A DNA stretch of 37,786 bases. Source: Chiloscyllium plagiosum (lineage: Eukaryota). Below, piece by piece: positions 23,480-36,880 of the stretch. How positions within the stretch are numbered: position 1 is the stretch's first letter; each line of letters starts with the position of its first letter. Made by a program: the position numbers and the translations under genes. The notes beneath the pieces were generated by a model. It searched no databases. It was not told where the DNA came from and saw only the letters and a program-made list of their open reading frames with translations. Where the stretch lies: NCBI RefSeq assembly GCF_004010195.1, contig NC_057718.1:52270518-52308303 (forward strand). The letters are read 5' to 3'.

Positions 23480-23680
23480 AAGGCATGGTAGCTACTAGTT
23501 GTGTGCAAAGTGATGAAATAAGAAAAATGAGAGAAAAATAAAACAAAATGGCAAAGAAACATAAATCCTAAAATCTTGCACTCTGTGTTCAGTCCAGAAT
23601 TCTGCAAAATGCCCAAGTGAAAGTTAAGCTTCTATTCCTGAAACTAACATTGAGCTTCATTGGAATTCTGCAGGACAGAG
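23480..23680 (-). mobile_element. Old Penelope-like relic
   Basis: aagcttctattcctgaaactaacattgagcttcattggaa resembles a Penelope endonuclease-region motif; heavily decayed. Confidence 0.3.
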
Positions 23681-24329
23681 TCATAAGTCACAGGAGGCTA
23701 TTATTTTGCTCATGAAGAGGCCATTTCACACAGTGTAATACCAATATTCATCAACAGACATGTTGACTGATGTTAAGCTAACTACAATTCCTCTAAGCCA
23801 TTCTTTTTGATTTTCAGTCTCCATCATAGCTGTTCAAATGTTATCCTCCACCATTTATTCCATAATTCATGGGGGACACTGCCAAATACATGTTCCCCAC
23901 CTTCCTCTTCAGCAATCTGAATGGACTGATCTCTCAGCGACACCCTTGTCTATTTCCCACTCATTTCTTACATTTCCTTCCTTTCTTATGCAAGTATTTT
24001 TGCCGTCCATTGGCAATTACAGAAGAGAAAATCAGACGTTGAAGTGAACCAAGGTCTGGTACAACTGGTCCTCACCTCCCTTTCCACTCCAGTCATTTGA
24101 TTGCAGAATTGCCCTCTCAACTCTAAAGCTTGGATGTCTGAGCATCCAAAACAAGGATTTAGCTGAAATGTGTGGCATACCATTTAAGTGGTCAAATAAA
24201 ATCATGAGAAGCTCATTAAGACTGCTTCATGTGTTGAATTAGAATTCTTCAAAAGCCAAGCCCAAGTATATGAACAGTTAAAAAAGAGCTAGAGCCTTTC
24301 TTAAAATAAAAATAATTCATGCAATGAAA

Positions 24330-24760
24330 CCAATGCTGGCTGGGCCAGCATTTATTGACTGTTCCTCATGGACCTTGAGAGGATGGTGGTGAGCTGCCTG
24401 ATTAAACTATTACAGCCTATTTGGAGTAGGTACATCTACAATGCTATTAGGGAAACAGAATCAGGATTTTGACCAAGCAACACTGAAGAAATGGCAATAT
24501 ATTTCCAAGTCAGAATTGTGAGGCTTGAAAGGGAACTTACAGTTGATGGCTCTCTAACGTACCTACAGTTTTTGTCCTTCTAACTGGCCATGGTTGTCAG
24601 TTTAAAAGATGCTGTTGAAGGAGGTTTGGTCAACTTCTGCAGTCACACCACCACCACTGTACATTGATGGTGAAGAGAGTGATTGTTTCTGGATGTGATG
24701 TCAATCAAATGGACTGCTCTGTACTAGATGGCATCAGGTCACTTGAGTGTTACTGGAGTA
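24330..24760 (-). mobile_element. Old L2/CR1-group LINE 3' fragment
   Basis: gctggctgggccagcatttattg...gtggtgagctgcc...caggattttgacc...atatatttccaagtcag (ILTWKYIA on minus), recalled as a common shark LINE end. Confidence 0.7.
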
Positions 24761-24779
24761 CAATAAAAGTGAAGAAAAT

Positions 24780-24910
24780 GCAAAATACTCCTATGGATGG
24801 TGGAAATCTGAAACAAATACAATAAGCATGGAGGTACAATCTCAAAATTTAGTGCAGACAGAAACAGAATTGATGTTTCAAGTTAATTATGGCAATTCTT
24901 CAGAAGAGAG
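24780..24910 (-). mobile_element. Penelope-like terminal relic
   Basis: ggatggtggaaatctgaaacaaa...gaaacagaattgatgtttcaag, same family as 13985-14200. Confidence 0.45.
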
Positions 24911-26551
24911 GTTGAAAAGTGATGAGTTTATGCCATTGAAAAAGATGCAGTGGATCAGATAGGACAAAAGAGCAAGTATAAAAGGAAAGAGTGACCCATG
25001 GCAGCACAATGCAGCAATTAAAGACTGGCAAACTGAAGAATTGTAAAACAAAACAGGAACAAACAAATGGGAAAACCTGAAAAGAGGCCTCACAGTGTAA
25101 ACAAGACAGGAGTACTTGAGGTAAATAAGTAATAAGTTCTTCTTTTAAACAAAAGAAAAGTTACCTGACTAATTTTAGCTCGTGTTGTCAATAAATAAGT
25201 TATGAACAAAAAGTAGAGAGAACAGTGTGAGCTGTATGTCAGCTGTGCAGCATTAGAGATTTATAGGCAGCGATCTCATCCCAATTCCCACATCTGTTGG
25301 AAATGTCTACGCTGAGTCACTGTGACTCAGAGTTATTAGTCAAGATATTGTGACCTAACGATATTTGTGGTGTAGATTTCATTTTTTCCCAACGTTAGTT
25401 TGAATTAGCTGTCAAGTCACAGGGATTTAAAGGCATGACCATCAAGCAGGGAGAAGCATCCAGTTGTCAAATGGATCTATGTTGATGGTAAAGTATGAAA
25501 CACAACAGATCTTTTCCTTGGGAGTAGGTTTATTTTCAGAATTCAGTGATACCCATCTCTGCCTCCTCACTACCAACACAGTTCGACATGACTCTCTTTA
25601 TAGGTGCTTCTGGTCCTTAATTAAACAATGCCCACTCTCTGCTGCTCTCCAGCAGCCAATCAACTAGCATTTAATATCAACCATGCTGAGTAACTCTCAC
25701 AGGCAGGAAAGCAATTAGTAAAACGCACCTGATTTAATTAAATTATTTATTTAAATTTTACAAAATGAAATTAATAATTTGTACCTACACAAAAGAAATC
25801 AAAATATCAAACTTGCAAAATAAAACTTGGAATTTTTCCTAAAATCTGATTCAAAAGAGTTTGATTTGACATTCACATAAAATATTCTTTTCTGCCAGGG
25901 CCACAATGTTCCTATAGCAGCCGGTATAATTTAATATGTCATTAAAAACAGTTCGGCCTCATTACTACAGTGCACATTTTTTGGAGGGGTTGTAACAGCA
26001 ATATTGCAGCACAAAAGATGAACTTCTTATCAGCTTAATGATTTCTAGTTAATTGCAAACTGCATGAATTTCAACAGCCTACTGAGATTTCCACACTTCA
26101 CCGTGTGTGTTCCATGTCCAGAAATTGCTGCCATTTTCAAAAAGGTAATAAAGATGAACACTGACAGTCTTCCATTTAGAAGTACTGCAAAGTACGGACA
26201 CTTGAGTTGGAGTACTAGTTAGAGACATATGACATAAGACATTTTGGATAATTTTATCAAGTAGAAAAAGTCACACCAAAAGGGAAAGCATAAATTGAAG
26301 GTCCAAAAAGTATGAGGGTGAGGAACTAGGCTGAGAAGGAAGTCTTACCGAAACTCATCCTGTCCAATGGTTACAATTTACTTTCAATATTTCAGAAGGA
26401 AGCCTGAAAGAAGGACAGAAATAATGCAGACCAAGGGACAGAAAGATGCTTTTCATAGAAGATTCTGATAATTAGGATTATAATGTTGTATCATGTCGGA
26501 ATTGTACAAGATAACAGATCTGGATGGGTTAATGTTACTAGAAAGAGACAA

Positions 26552-26911
26552 AAAAAATCTACAGATGCTGGAATCCAAAGTAGACAGGCAGTAGGCTGGA
26601 AGAACACGACAAGCCAAGCAGCATCAGGAGGTGGAGAATTTGACATTTCGGGTGTAACCCTTCTTGAAGACTGTGGGTGGGTGGGTGTGGGGGGGAGCTG
26701 CAAGTAAAGGAGGTTGGGGGAACAGGCTGGTGAAGTGGGGTAGGAGAAGACAGGTAGAGGCCACAACCTGATTGGTCAGTGGGAGGAATGAATCCGGTTG
26801 GTGGCAGGGAGCAGTGGAAGGGTTGGGGAGGGGTGGGAAGAGAGTCGGGCCTGGGGAGGGAAGTTATTTGAAATTAGAGAATTCACTGTTGAGTCCTCTG
26901 CACTCTAGGCT
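26552..26911 (-). mobile_element. Penelope-like element 3' end (end of GIY-YIG domain and pLTR)
   Basis: Minus frame RGLNSEFSNFK* (GLN motif typical of PLE endonuclease C-terminus), C-rich UTR, degenerate hammerhead, gatgctgc...ttccagc...ccagcatctg end shared with 3447-3525. Confidence 0.8.
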
Positions 26912-27809
26912 GGTTAATTCTGACAAAAGTGTAGTGGAGAAAGGCAGGGAAGATTAGCATCTTACAAATATCCTCAGTCTCCTCATAAACATTGTTAGAA
27001 GTTTACAAGTTACATTACAAGTTTAATTTCTATCTGATTGCTATTATGCAGCAAAGTACAGAAAAGAGTTTCTTGTCAAAAAAAAAACAAGCTGGTTGTG
27101 TTTAGCATTGCATCCTGTAGATAATATCTTCTATCTTCGTGAACAAGAGGCTTGAAGAATTTGCCCCCTACTTGATGCAAGGTGTGGGATGTCTTAAGAC
27201 AACTGAAGGGGAATTTGGAAAGGCAGACAGTATATTAAATTACAATAGTGCATATTGAAACTAACAAGATAGCTAATTACAAGGAGGGAATTCTGTTTAA
27301 AATTGGAACTATATAAAAAGGTGTTAACAGGCTTTGCACGTAAACAAAGTAATAGGAGAAACCGTGTGACTTACTGGTGGTGGTTAACACATGAAAAAGA
27401 TACCTGGCAATTTGATGATGGAAAAAAATGTTTAGTTGTGTGTAAGAGTACTTTTGGATATAAAAATTATAAAAAGCAACAGTAATAATCACTGCAAATT
27501 GGTGTCAAGTCATAAAAGTACAAACGATTTCAGCACAGGAACAGGCTGCTTGGCCTTCTTAACCTGCTCTGCTAATCAAGTAGGTCAGAAATTACCCATG
27601 ATCAGATCCTGCTCCAACACGTGCCAAGTATTCCTTGATGCAAATTTTGAGCAATATATGTCTTGAAGATAATAGAAAGAAAAATGAGGATCTGCATAAC
27701 ACATGATCACCAGACCTGTCAAAGTGTTACATTGCCAATTAAGTACTTGTAAGTGTAGATACTGGTGTAATATTGGTAATATGACAGCTATTTTGGACTC
27801 AGAAAACTC

Positions 27810-27985
27810 CAGCAAACAGCAATGTGACAATGACCAGAACATCATTTTTCTTTTAGCATTTTGATTGAGGGAGAAATTCTGCTCACAGTGTTTCTTTCTT
27901 GACTCAATGCTGTGCATATTCAATGCATTTAAGTTCAGCATCAAGCGTCACTCGCAACCTTCTGATAAGCTCCCTACACTGAAAG
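27810..27985 (-). mobile_element. Deu-type SINE relic
   Basis: gcaaacagcaatgtgacaatgaccagaacatc...tgattgagggagaaat. Confidence 0.55.
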
Positions 27986-29099
27986 ATATACTTTGGAAAC
28001 ATATCACAAATTGCATAATTGACCTTTCTTCATAAAATTTCATCATGTTAAATAAACATTTTAAAAGGATATCACAGGTATCACTCTAGTGATTCAGATA
28101 TCAAATATCTAAAGATTATGCATTCATTATTTAGGAATCACTATGCTTCACCTTTCAAACAACTTTCTTTATCTCAGGTAAAATAAATACCTTCAGAACT
28201 ATCTATTTAAATATCTCAAAATACAAAGATCATCATAGACACATAACATTCATCACAGAAAGTGATATTCAGGATGCCACACAAAAATATGAAATAAATT
28301 TTACTTTAATCATACTGCATTGTAATCATCTGAATGTACATGCTATTGAAAGGATGATCAGACATTCTACTTGAAAAGGAAAGTAAACAGAAATAATCAG
28401 AAATTCACCTTTGCTTCTAGCTAATCCAGACAAAAGGTTGTTATGCACTCGGATACCAACCACAATTGTTACCATGGTTTTGCTCACCTTACGTCTTGTC
28501 AGTCCTTTGGTGCACCTCCAAAGCTTTTGTAGGGTTATTAGCTATACTCTGATGACACTGCTGTCCTATTGAATAGTTTGTTTCAATTGCCTTCTGATGA
28601 ATTATCTGAATTGCATTGAAGCTGATTTCAAACATCACATATTGGTATCCATCTTTGATGAAAACCAGATGGTGACTGAAATACCGCAAAGACAATATTG
28701 CTTGATGTGCAGAATGATATTTCAGTTATATCTGTCATATATATTGTATCAAATGAAAAGCTCTGATATCATGTTTTTCTGTACTCAGATGGGTGAATTT
28801 AAAGCTTATCATGAAAGTTTTTCCAGCGTTGAAAAAAAAGCTCATTCTGCCATGAGCATTTTCCCATTCAGCCACTCACTAAATAGTCTACAACGCTTAT
28901 TTTTTCAAGGACAATTATAAGTGAATACCCATTATAATTAATGTGTTCTTTGGTCTTTACACTCAATTCTCTTCCGTTCTTTGAAACCTAAGTTATTCAA
29001 TAGCATGGAAAGAAAACTTTAGCAAGCAAGATGTAGAACTTCAGTACCCTTGGGGTGAGTTGAACAGGTCGTGAGCTAACCTAGTGTTTATACTCCACA

Positions 29100-29690
29100 G
29101 CAATATGCTCCCATCTGATAACTCATCAACAAAATCTTCTACTTTGTTCAACCTCTTGTGTTGTTTAAGCAGTAGTTTCAGCCACTTTCCTTAGCAATTA
29201 TCTTCATATTCTAACTACATGTCAGGTAAAGACCAGTCTCCTAAATTCCCTATTGGGCTGATATAAGTTATTTTTCTCTATTGCTTGATAATTTCATTTT
29301 GTAGCTTCTCTTTATTGTCCTTTTTCTTTAATTTTCCAAACCTCTTCTGATTCCATTCCGTCACTGGCTCCCTTTGTAATTAATTTAAATCTCAAATAAA
29401 TATGTACTTCAAAATGATTCATGTTTTAAAACAAAAAAATGTAATTTATTGATACAAGGATTACATTCAAGTACAATAATGCTTTGCTTTGCTAAATAAG
29501 CTTCTTAACTACAGATTCAGGAAATCATATAGAACAGAAACAGGCCATTCAGCCCATTATTCCCATCTGGTGCTTTGAAATAATTACCCTGTTCAGCACA
29601 CTCCGCTCGATCTTTTCCCTGCAGCTCTGCAAAGTATTCCAACCTTTACACATTCTGACAAAATGTCTTGTACTTCCACAGTTAGAATAT
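29100..29690 (-). mobile_element. Very old CR1 3'-end relics
   Basis: Minus frame VFT*HVVRI*R*LLRKVAET resembles FFTQRVVRIWNSLP; agaacagaaacaggccattcagccc tail at ~29530. Confidence 0.5.
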
Positions 29691-30387
29691 ATGATTGCAT
29701 GAAGGTAGGCACTGATAAATTATGCTATTGCTAGCATGGGTTCTGCTCATTCACAGGTCACTAGGTACATTAACACAGCAAGGTACTATCAGTAGGAGGC
29801 CGGACCTGACAACTGACGACAGTCATCTAGATGTATGTCCAGGGATATTTCTGAAAGTCGCTTGGTATCTAAGTGCTGCTTTCCATACATCTTGCATTCC
29901 GAAAGATTCCATCTGACCCATCTGATCATGTGTATGTCATGCAAATTCAGCAAAGAGCAACTTTGAAGAATAAGAGTTGTATTATTAATGTCTTATTCTC
30001 TGTATAATAACCCAAATTCAATATCACAAACTATAGAGTCACAAAGTAAGATATTCACAATCTTATCTACTTGCTTCACAGTAAAAATTGTCACAACCAT
30101 TTTGCTTGCATTAGAAACATTCACAAAATTATTCAATGTTACTTTTTAAAAAAAACAATAATCTTGGAATGAAAAATGTGACCTGACAGCTCTTCCCCAG
30201 TTTGCTGGAAGAATGGATTATGCAATCATATTTTAATGCAAAAAATTTTCATTGTATTCATGTCACCCAGAATTTAAATTTAACATTTACTTCTATTCTT
30301 TTTCTCTGCATTTCTTTCTCAGTTTATCAAATTCTTCGAAGTGACAATTTTGACTGTTTAACTGATTTATCACTCATTATCCAACTT

Positions 30388-30682
30388 AGAATCACAGATT
30401 CCCTGCAGCGCAAAAAGAGGCCATTCAGTTCATTGAGTCAGCACTGACTCTCTGAAGAGCACCCCACCTCATGGGTTTTTTTCCAAGGCTAACCTACCTA
30501 ACCTACTCAGGACATGGCAATTTTTTTTTAACATGATCAATCCATCTCAATTGGACTGTGGGAGGAAACAGCAGACACAGGGAGAACATGGAAGCTCCAC
30601 ACAGACAGTCACCCAAGGATAGAATTTAATTTGGTCCAGGTCACTGTGAGGCAGCAGTGCTAAACACTGAGCTACCATGCCA
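30388..30682 (-). mobile_element. HE1-like V-SINE, decayed with internal deletions
   Basis: Reverse complement begins tggcatggtagctcagtgtttagcactgctgcctcacag; V-domain and CR1-like tail present. Confidence 0.9.
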
Positions 30683-30784
30683 TCCTTTCAATTTACAATG
30701 GAATATTTTTCATAACTATACAATTAATTATTTGTGCACCTAAACTACCAATAGCAGAGGGATTATTTTCATAAAGGAGCTCAC

Positions 30785-30882
30785 ATAATTTTCTTGAATT
30801 GCTTTCTTCTTTAATTCATTGAGAGGTTCCTGTGGTTTCCACATTGCCAGTTCTCTAGCTACTTTGCCACGACTTACATCGT
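30785..30882 (-). other. Candidate exon of an unidentified spliced transcript
   Basis: ttttgttcaagctaAG|...|GTGAGC; open frame DVSRGKVARELAMWKPQEPLNELKKKAIQENY; no recognised homolog. Confidence 0.25.
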
Positions 30883-32739
30883 CTTAGCTTGAACAAAATC
30901 AAACAAAATTTGACAATAAGTGTTTCAAAATGTGTGACAAGTGACACAGTCAACAGAGAAAATTCTAGGCAGAGTACTGTTAAAATATAGCTTAATAAAT
31001 CTGCTCATTTTATGTTTTAAAACATAAAGTAGGAATTAGAAATGTTGAAAAATAATGTCATACATAGGTGGATTGAGAAACTGAAAGCAAAGACCATAAT
31101 TACAATTCTCCATCAGTACTTGCATTGCTCCAGTTACGTGATCAAGAAACTGCCCTAATTTGCACAAAGCCAAAATTTCTAATTAAAGCAATTGTGTGCT
31201 AAGCATTTTTCAACCATGTGAACAGCCACAGCATTCTACACTGATTCCACCATCTACAGAACTATTATCACTGCAATAAATTTTTCCTATCTGCTGTCAG
31301 CATTGGTCGCTCTTACATTAATCTTACATTGCTGCTTTCTCACTTCAGTTACTAGGTTTGCTCATGATACTAGTCTTCAGGTCAAACAGGCACTAACTGC
31401 TTCACAGAGTCAAATATATTGTATCTACTCATAATAATAATAATACAATATTATCTTTTCAGCTCATAAATGTCAAACACATATTTCTCCAAAAGTTCTG
31501 AATTGCTTATTTATGAATTGTTTATTTTTGACTCTATACAAAGATTTGGCAACATCTAGTTGATTATATGATGGCTGAAAATATACGCTGAGATGAAATA
31601 TGAGGAAAGTTTCTTTTCTATTTCCCTCATTATTAATCATTTTGCCTCTTTTGCTTTTCCATTAAGCTCGGGATGCAGAATGATGGCCTACTCCAGCCCT
31701 TATAATAAATCATTCTGAACCATTTGATGCACAAACATTGCACAATTATCCCCTGCCTGGAAGCGGGAAGAAAGATGGTGAGAAGAACAAAAAATCAGCT
31801 AAGTTGGTCCTGGAAAATACTCACCCTCTTTTTGCCATCTCAGCTGTAAAGTGGTGTGAGAAGATCCATTGGGAACATTTTCAACTCGCCAATTTAGTCC
31901 CTTCAGTCTTAACAGCCAGTTAAAGAACTCAATTCACCAACAACCAGATTATCCCCCTCCCAACTGCAGAGAGCGTGTTGGGTACTGAATGGTAGCATGG
32001 CAAAATATATGTTAGATCCTAATGGTCTCGTCAGTAAACTCTCAAATTTACTTTATTTGTCACTGCTTATTTGTCCCACACCCACCCACCAATGTTATAC
32101 TGTCAGTTGTGGCTGGCACAAAATATGACCAACAACAAACTGTACAGTTCCACATGGAAAACTATATTCACCAATAATTATAAAAAAGCAACAGAGAAGA
32201 ATTTTGAGGACATGATCCTCTTCCAATCTTTGATGAGAAATTTGAATTTCCAATTATTAGCTGAAAAGAAGTCTGACTTTTTAAAAAATCTTACATGGAA
32301 TGACCTATTTATTGGTCACTATTCCCTTTTGTTGGCACCTTATACTTTAACTCTTTATTACCCATCATCAGAAAATTACAGTTCTTATCTCAGACAGTTT
32401 AGACTCATTCCCAGCTTCTAATGGTTGGTTTTCTTTATTTTCCAATCTAGATCACATATAATCTCAGACCTCCCTCTCCCAGAAGGTCACAAAGTAGACT
32501 ACGTCCTCTCGCTCCAAGTTAGTAAACCTTTCAGTCCTTCTTAACTTCAAACCAATTAGGTTTTCAATTTGAATGTAAGCTCCCATCGGCATTCTGCTTG
32601 GTGAAAAGCAGTCAGTACATCTTCATTTAAACAAAGAAATAAAGAAACAAAGAAAATTTACAGCCCAGGAACAGGCTCTTTAGCCCTCCAAGCCTGAGCC
32701 AATCCAAATCTACTGTCTAAACCTGTTCGCCCAATTCCT

Positions 32740-35545
32740 AAACATCTGTATCCCTCTGCTCCCCACTTACTCATGCATCTGCCCAGACGCATCTTAAATG
32801 AATCTACCGTGCCTAGCTCTACTGCCTCTGCCGGCAACGCGTTCCAGGCACCTCCCACCCTCTGTGTAAAGTACTTGCCGCGTGTATCCCCCTTAAACAT
32901 TTCACCTCTCATCTTGCAAGTGTGACCTCTCGTTATTGAATCCTTCACCCTGGGAAAAAGTTTATCTCGATCTACCCTTTCTATACCCTTCATGATTTTG
33001 TAGATCTCAATCAAGTCCCCCCTCAATCTCCTTTTTTTCTAATAAAACAAACCTAACCTACTCAATCTCTCTTCATAGCTAACACCTTCCATACCAGGCA
33101 ACATCCTCTTAAACCTTCTTTGCACCCTCTCCAAAGCATCCACATCCTTTTGGTAATGTGGCGACCAGAACTGTACACAGTATTCTAAATGTGTCCGAAC
33201 CAATGTCGTGCACAATTTCAACATGATCTGCCAGCTCTTATACTCAATGCCCCACCCGATGAAGGCGAGCATACCATATGCCTTCTTGACCACTCTGTCC
33301 ACCTGTGCAGCAACCTTCAGGATACAATGGACCTGCACGCCCAGATCTCTCTGCCCTGCAACTTTTCCCAAAGTTCTTCCGTTTACTGTATAATTCGCTC
33401 TAGAATTAGACTTCTTCACTGCACATTTGCCTGGATTAAAGTCCATCTGCCACTTCTCCGCCCAACTCTCCAGTCTATCTATATTCTTCTGTATTCTTTG
33501 ACAGTCCCTTAGGCTTTCTGCTACTCCACCAATCTTCGTGTCATCTGCAAACTTACTGATCATACCTACCGTGCCCTCTTCCAGAACATTTATGTATATC
33601 CAAACAACAATGGCCCCAGCAGTGATCCCTGTGGAACACCACTGGTCACCTTTCTCCATTTCAAGAAACTCCCTGCAACTACTACGCTTTGACTCCTGTT
33701 GCTCAACTCATTCTTTATCCACCTAGCTAGAACACCCTGCACACCATGTGACTTCACTTTCTCCATTAGTCTACCATGGGGAACCTTACCAAATGCCTTA
33801 CTAAAGTCCATGTAGATGACATCAACAGCCCTTTCTTCATCTATCGACTTGGTCACTTCCTCAAAGAACTCTATTAAGTTGGTAAGGCATGATCTACCCC
33901 CCCTCACAAAAACATGTTGCCTATCACTGATGAGCCCATTCTTTTCTAAATATAAATAGATCCTATCCCTCAGTACCTTCTCCAGCAACTTTCCCACCAC
34001 TAACATCAGGCTCACTGGTCTGTAGTTACCGGAAATATCCCTACTACCCTTCTTGTACAGTGGGACAACACGAGCAAACCTCCAGTCCTCCGGCACCTCA
34101 TCTGTGTTTAAGGATGCCACAAAGATATCTGTCTAGGCCTCAGCTATTTCCTTTCTTGCCTCCCTCAGCAACCTGGGATAGATCCCATCCAGTCCTGCGA
34201 ATTTGTCCACCTTAATAACCTCTAGCCTACCCAACACATCTTCCTTACTTATGTCAATGTGATCAAACTTCTATCTCTAAACTCAACATTCATCATGTCC
34301 CTCTCCTTGGTGAATACTGATGCAAAGTAATCATTCAGAATCTCACCCATTCTCTCAAGTTCGACACACAGCCTTCCTTCATTATCCTTTAGTGGATCAA
34401 TCCTTCCTCAAGTTACCCGCTTGTTTCTTATGTAAGAATAAAAGGCTTTGGGATTCTCCTTAATTCTGCTTGCTAAAACTATTTCATGACCCCTTTCAGC
34501 CCGCTTGATTCCTCAGTTAAGACTGGTCCTACTCTTCTGATATTCTGATATTCTGTTCTTAGCTGCCTGTTCTTAGCATTTATGAACGCTTCCCTTTTCC
34601 TCTTGGCTCATCATACAATTTCTCCTGTCATCCACGGTTCATGAATCTTGCCTTTCCTATCCTTTGCTTTCAATGGGATGTACCTATCCTGCACTACCTT
34701 TAACCATTCTTTGAAAGCCTCCCACATATCGAATGCAGACTTCTCTTCAAAAGCTGTGTCCAATCCACATTTTCGAGCTCCTGCCTAATTTTGATATAGT
34801 TTAGTAGTCTTCCCTTAGGACCACTCTCATCTTCGTCTACGAGTATTCTAAAACTTATAGAATTGTGGTCACTGTTCCCAAAGAAATCCCCCACTGCAAC
34901 TTTTACCACCTGGCCTGGCTCATTACCCAACACCAGGTCCAATATGGCCCCTTCTCTCATCAGACTATTGACATACTACTCCAGAAAACTCTTCTGGATG
35001 TTTCTAACAAATTGTGCCCCATCCAGACCTCTGACACTAAGTGTATCCCAGTCAATGTTGGGAAAAGTAAAACCTCCCATCACCACCACCTTGTTGCTCC
35101 ACATCTTTCCATAATCTGTTTACCTATTTGTTCTTCTATCTCATGCTCACTGTTAGGAGGCCTGTAATACAGCCCCAACAATGTAATTGCACCCGTCTTA
35201 TTTCTTAGCTCCACCCATAATGCCTCAGTACTCAAGCCCGCATAGCCCCATAGTGTCCTCCTTTAGTACAGCCGTGATATCATCCCTGACCAGCAATGCA
35301 ACGCCAGCCACCGCCCCCCACCCCCCTCACCCCCGTCCCAACACACCTTTTATTTCCCTACCAGTCTTATCTGAAATATCCATATCCTGGAACATTTAGT
35401 TGCCATTCATGCCCTTCCTTCAACCAAGTCTCTGTGATTGTAATAACGTCATACTCCCAGGCACCAATCCAAACCTTAAGTTCATCTGCCTTACCCACTA
35501 TACTCCTTGCATTAAAGTAGATGCACTTCAGGCCACCAGTTCTTT
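32740..35545 (-). pseudogene. CR1 ORF2 (APE endonuclease and reverse transcriptase), frameshifted
   Basis: CIYFNARSI, ITETWL, ILDLVLGN, SDHNSI, YRPVSL, YMDFSKAF, GVPQGSLLGPLLF, KFADDTK, HLEYCVQFWSP. Confidence 0.95.
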
Positions 35546-35659
35546 TGCACTCATCTGCTCTCTGCCTACTCTTCCCTTTATTAATGCTATCTTCATGACT
35601 CTTACAGTCTCCAGTTTCCACCTTGCTGTCTACTTGTCTTCTCTTCTTGTTTCCAGCCC

Positions 35660-36593
35660 CCTGCCACATTAGTTTAAAACCTCCCCAACAGCAGAGCAAA
35701 AACTTCCGGTTTGGAATGCCGGTCTGGTTCAGGAGTAGACTGTACATTTTGTAATAGTCCCACATTCCCCAGAACCGGTCCCAATGTCCAACAAATCTGA
35801 ACCCCTCCCTCCTACACCATCCCTCAAGCCATGTGTTCATCCTGCCTATTTTTTCATTTCTACACTGGCCTGCACGTGGCACTGGTAGTAATCCCGAGAT
35901 CACTACCTTTGAGGTCCTCCTTTTTAACTTCTCTCCTAGCTCCCTGAATTCTGCTTTCAGGACCTCATCTCGTTTTTTACTTATATCGTTGGTGCCTATA
36001 TGTTCCAAGACAACTGGCTGTTCACCCTCCCCTTTCAGAATGCTCTGCAGCCAATCAGTGACATCCCTGACCCGAGCACCTGGGAGGCAACATACCATCC
36101 AGGAGTCCTGTATTTGGCCTCAGAACCACCTATCTACTCCCCCTTACAGTAGAATCCCCTATGACTATGGTCTGATGAGTATATTTCTCGCCCTTCTGAA
36201 CAGCAGTGCCTGCCACGGTGCCATGATCATAGCAAGTGCTGCCCTCCCCTGATGAGCCATCTTCCCCAACAGTATCCAAAACGGCATATCTGTTTTTGAC
36301 GGAAATGACCATGGGGGACACCTGCACTGCCTTCCTACTCTTTTTCTGCCTTTTGATCACCCATTCACTGTCTCCCTCAGTAATTCCAACCTGCAGTGTG
36401 ACCAGTTCACTAAACGTGCTGTCCACGACCTCCTCAGCATCGCGGATGTTCCACAGTGAGTCCATCTGCAGCTCCAGAGCAGTCATGCGGTCAAACAACT
36501 TCTTGCAAGTGTAAGTGTCAGGAACATTAGCCACTTCCCTGAGCTCCCACATCAGGCAAGAGGCACATGCCATGGACTGAGCTCCCCTGCCAT
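35660..36593 (-). pseudogene. CR1 ORF1: N-terminal Cys motif and coiled coil plus SGNH/GDSL esterase domain
   Basis: MAGELS (frameshift) ACASCLMWE...YTCKK; VIGDSTVRG; CCLPGARV; HIGTND; degenerate block V YSLLLN. Confidence 0.9.
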
Positions 36594-36880
36594 TGGAAGC
36601 CTTACCTTTATATCAACTAACTAAAACCAAACAATGCACTTAAATATATGAAGAAAAGAACAAACCGAGGTGATTCCATTCCTTACTCGCGGCCTCTTGA
36701 TTGGCTGCAGAGCATACAATATTCTAACTGCTGCCTACCTTTGATACACCTGGGTTTAAAAGCAAGCCAGAAATATGATCTAAAATATCTTTCTACATTC
36801 TTGCCCACAACGAGGTTAAACACTGTAACTTTGTACCCAAGTGGAAATGCTATTTAGTTATCTTTGACCCCAACTTCATA

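Larger units (their letters stand above)
32629..36770 (-). mobile_element. Near full-length CR1 LINE (5'UTR, ORF1, ORF2, tttctttg-type tail), inactivated
   Basis: Continuous ORF1-APE-RT fragments; 3' tail at 32629-32657; 5' limit approximate and no TSD found. Confidence 0.93.

Noticed and set aside
28493..28675. Superficial resemblance of IQIIHQKAIETNYSIGQQC to SHOC1
   Set aside because: Short, from memory, and flanking segments are not collinear; no gene symbol assigned
29043..29190. Minus frame KWLKLLLKQHKRLNKVEDFVDELSDGSILL resembling a calponin-homology helix
   Set aside because: Stop codon immediately upstream, no good acceptor, and it overlaps a decayed CR1 3' end read in another frame
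33189..36514. Multiple plus-strand ORFs of 60-140 aa
   Set aside because: Antisense shadows of the CR1 ORFs
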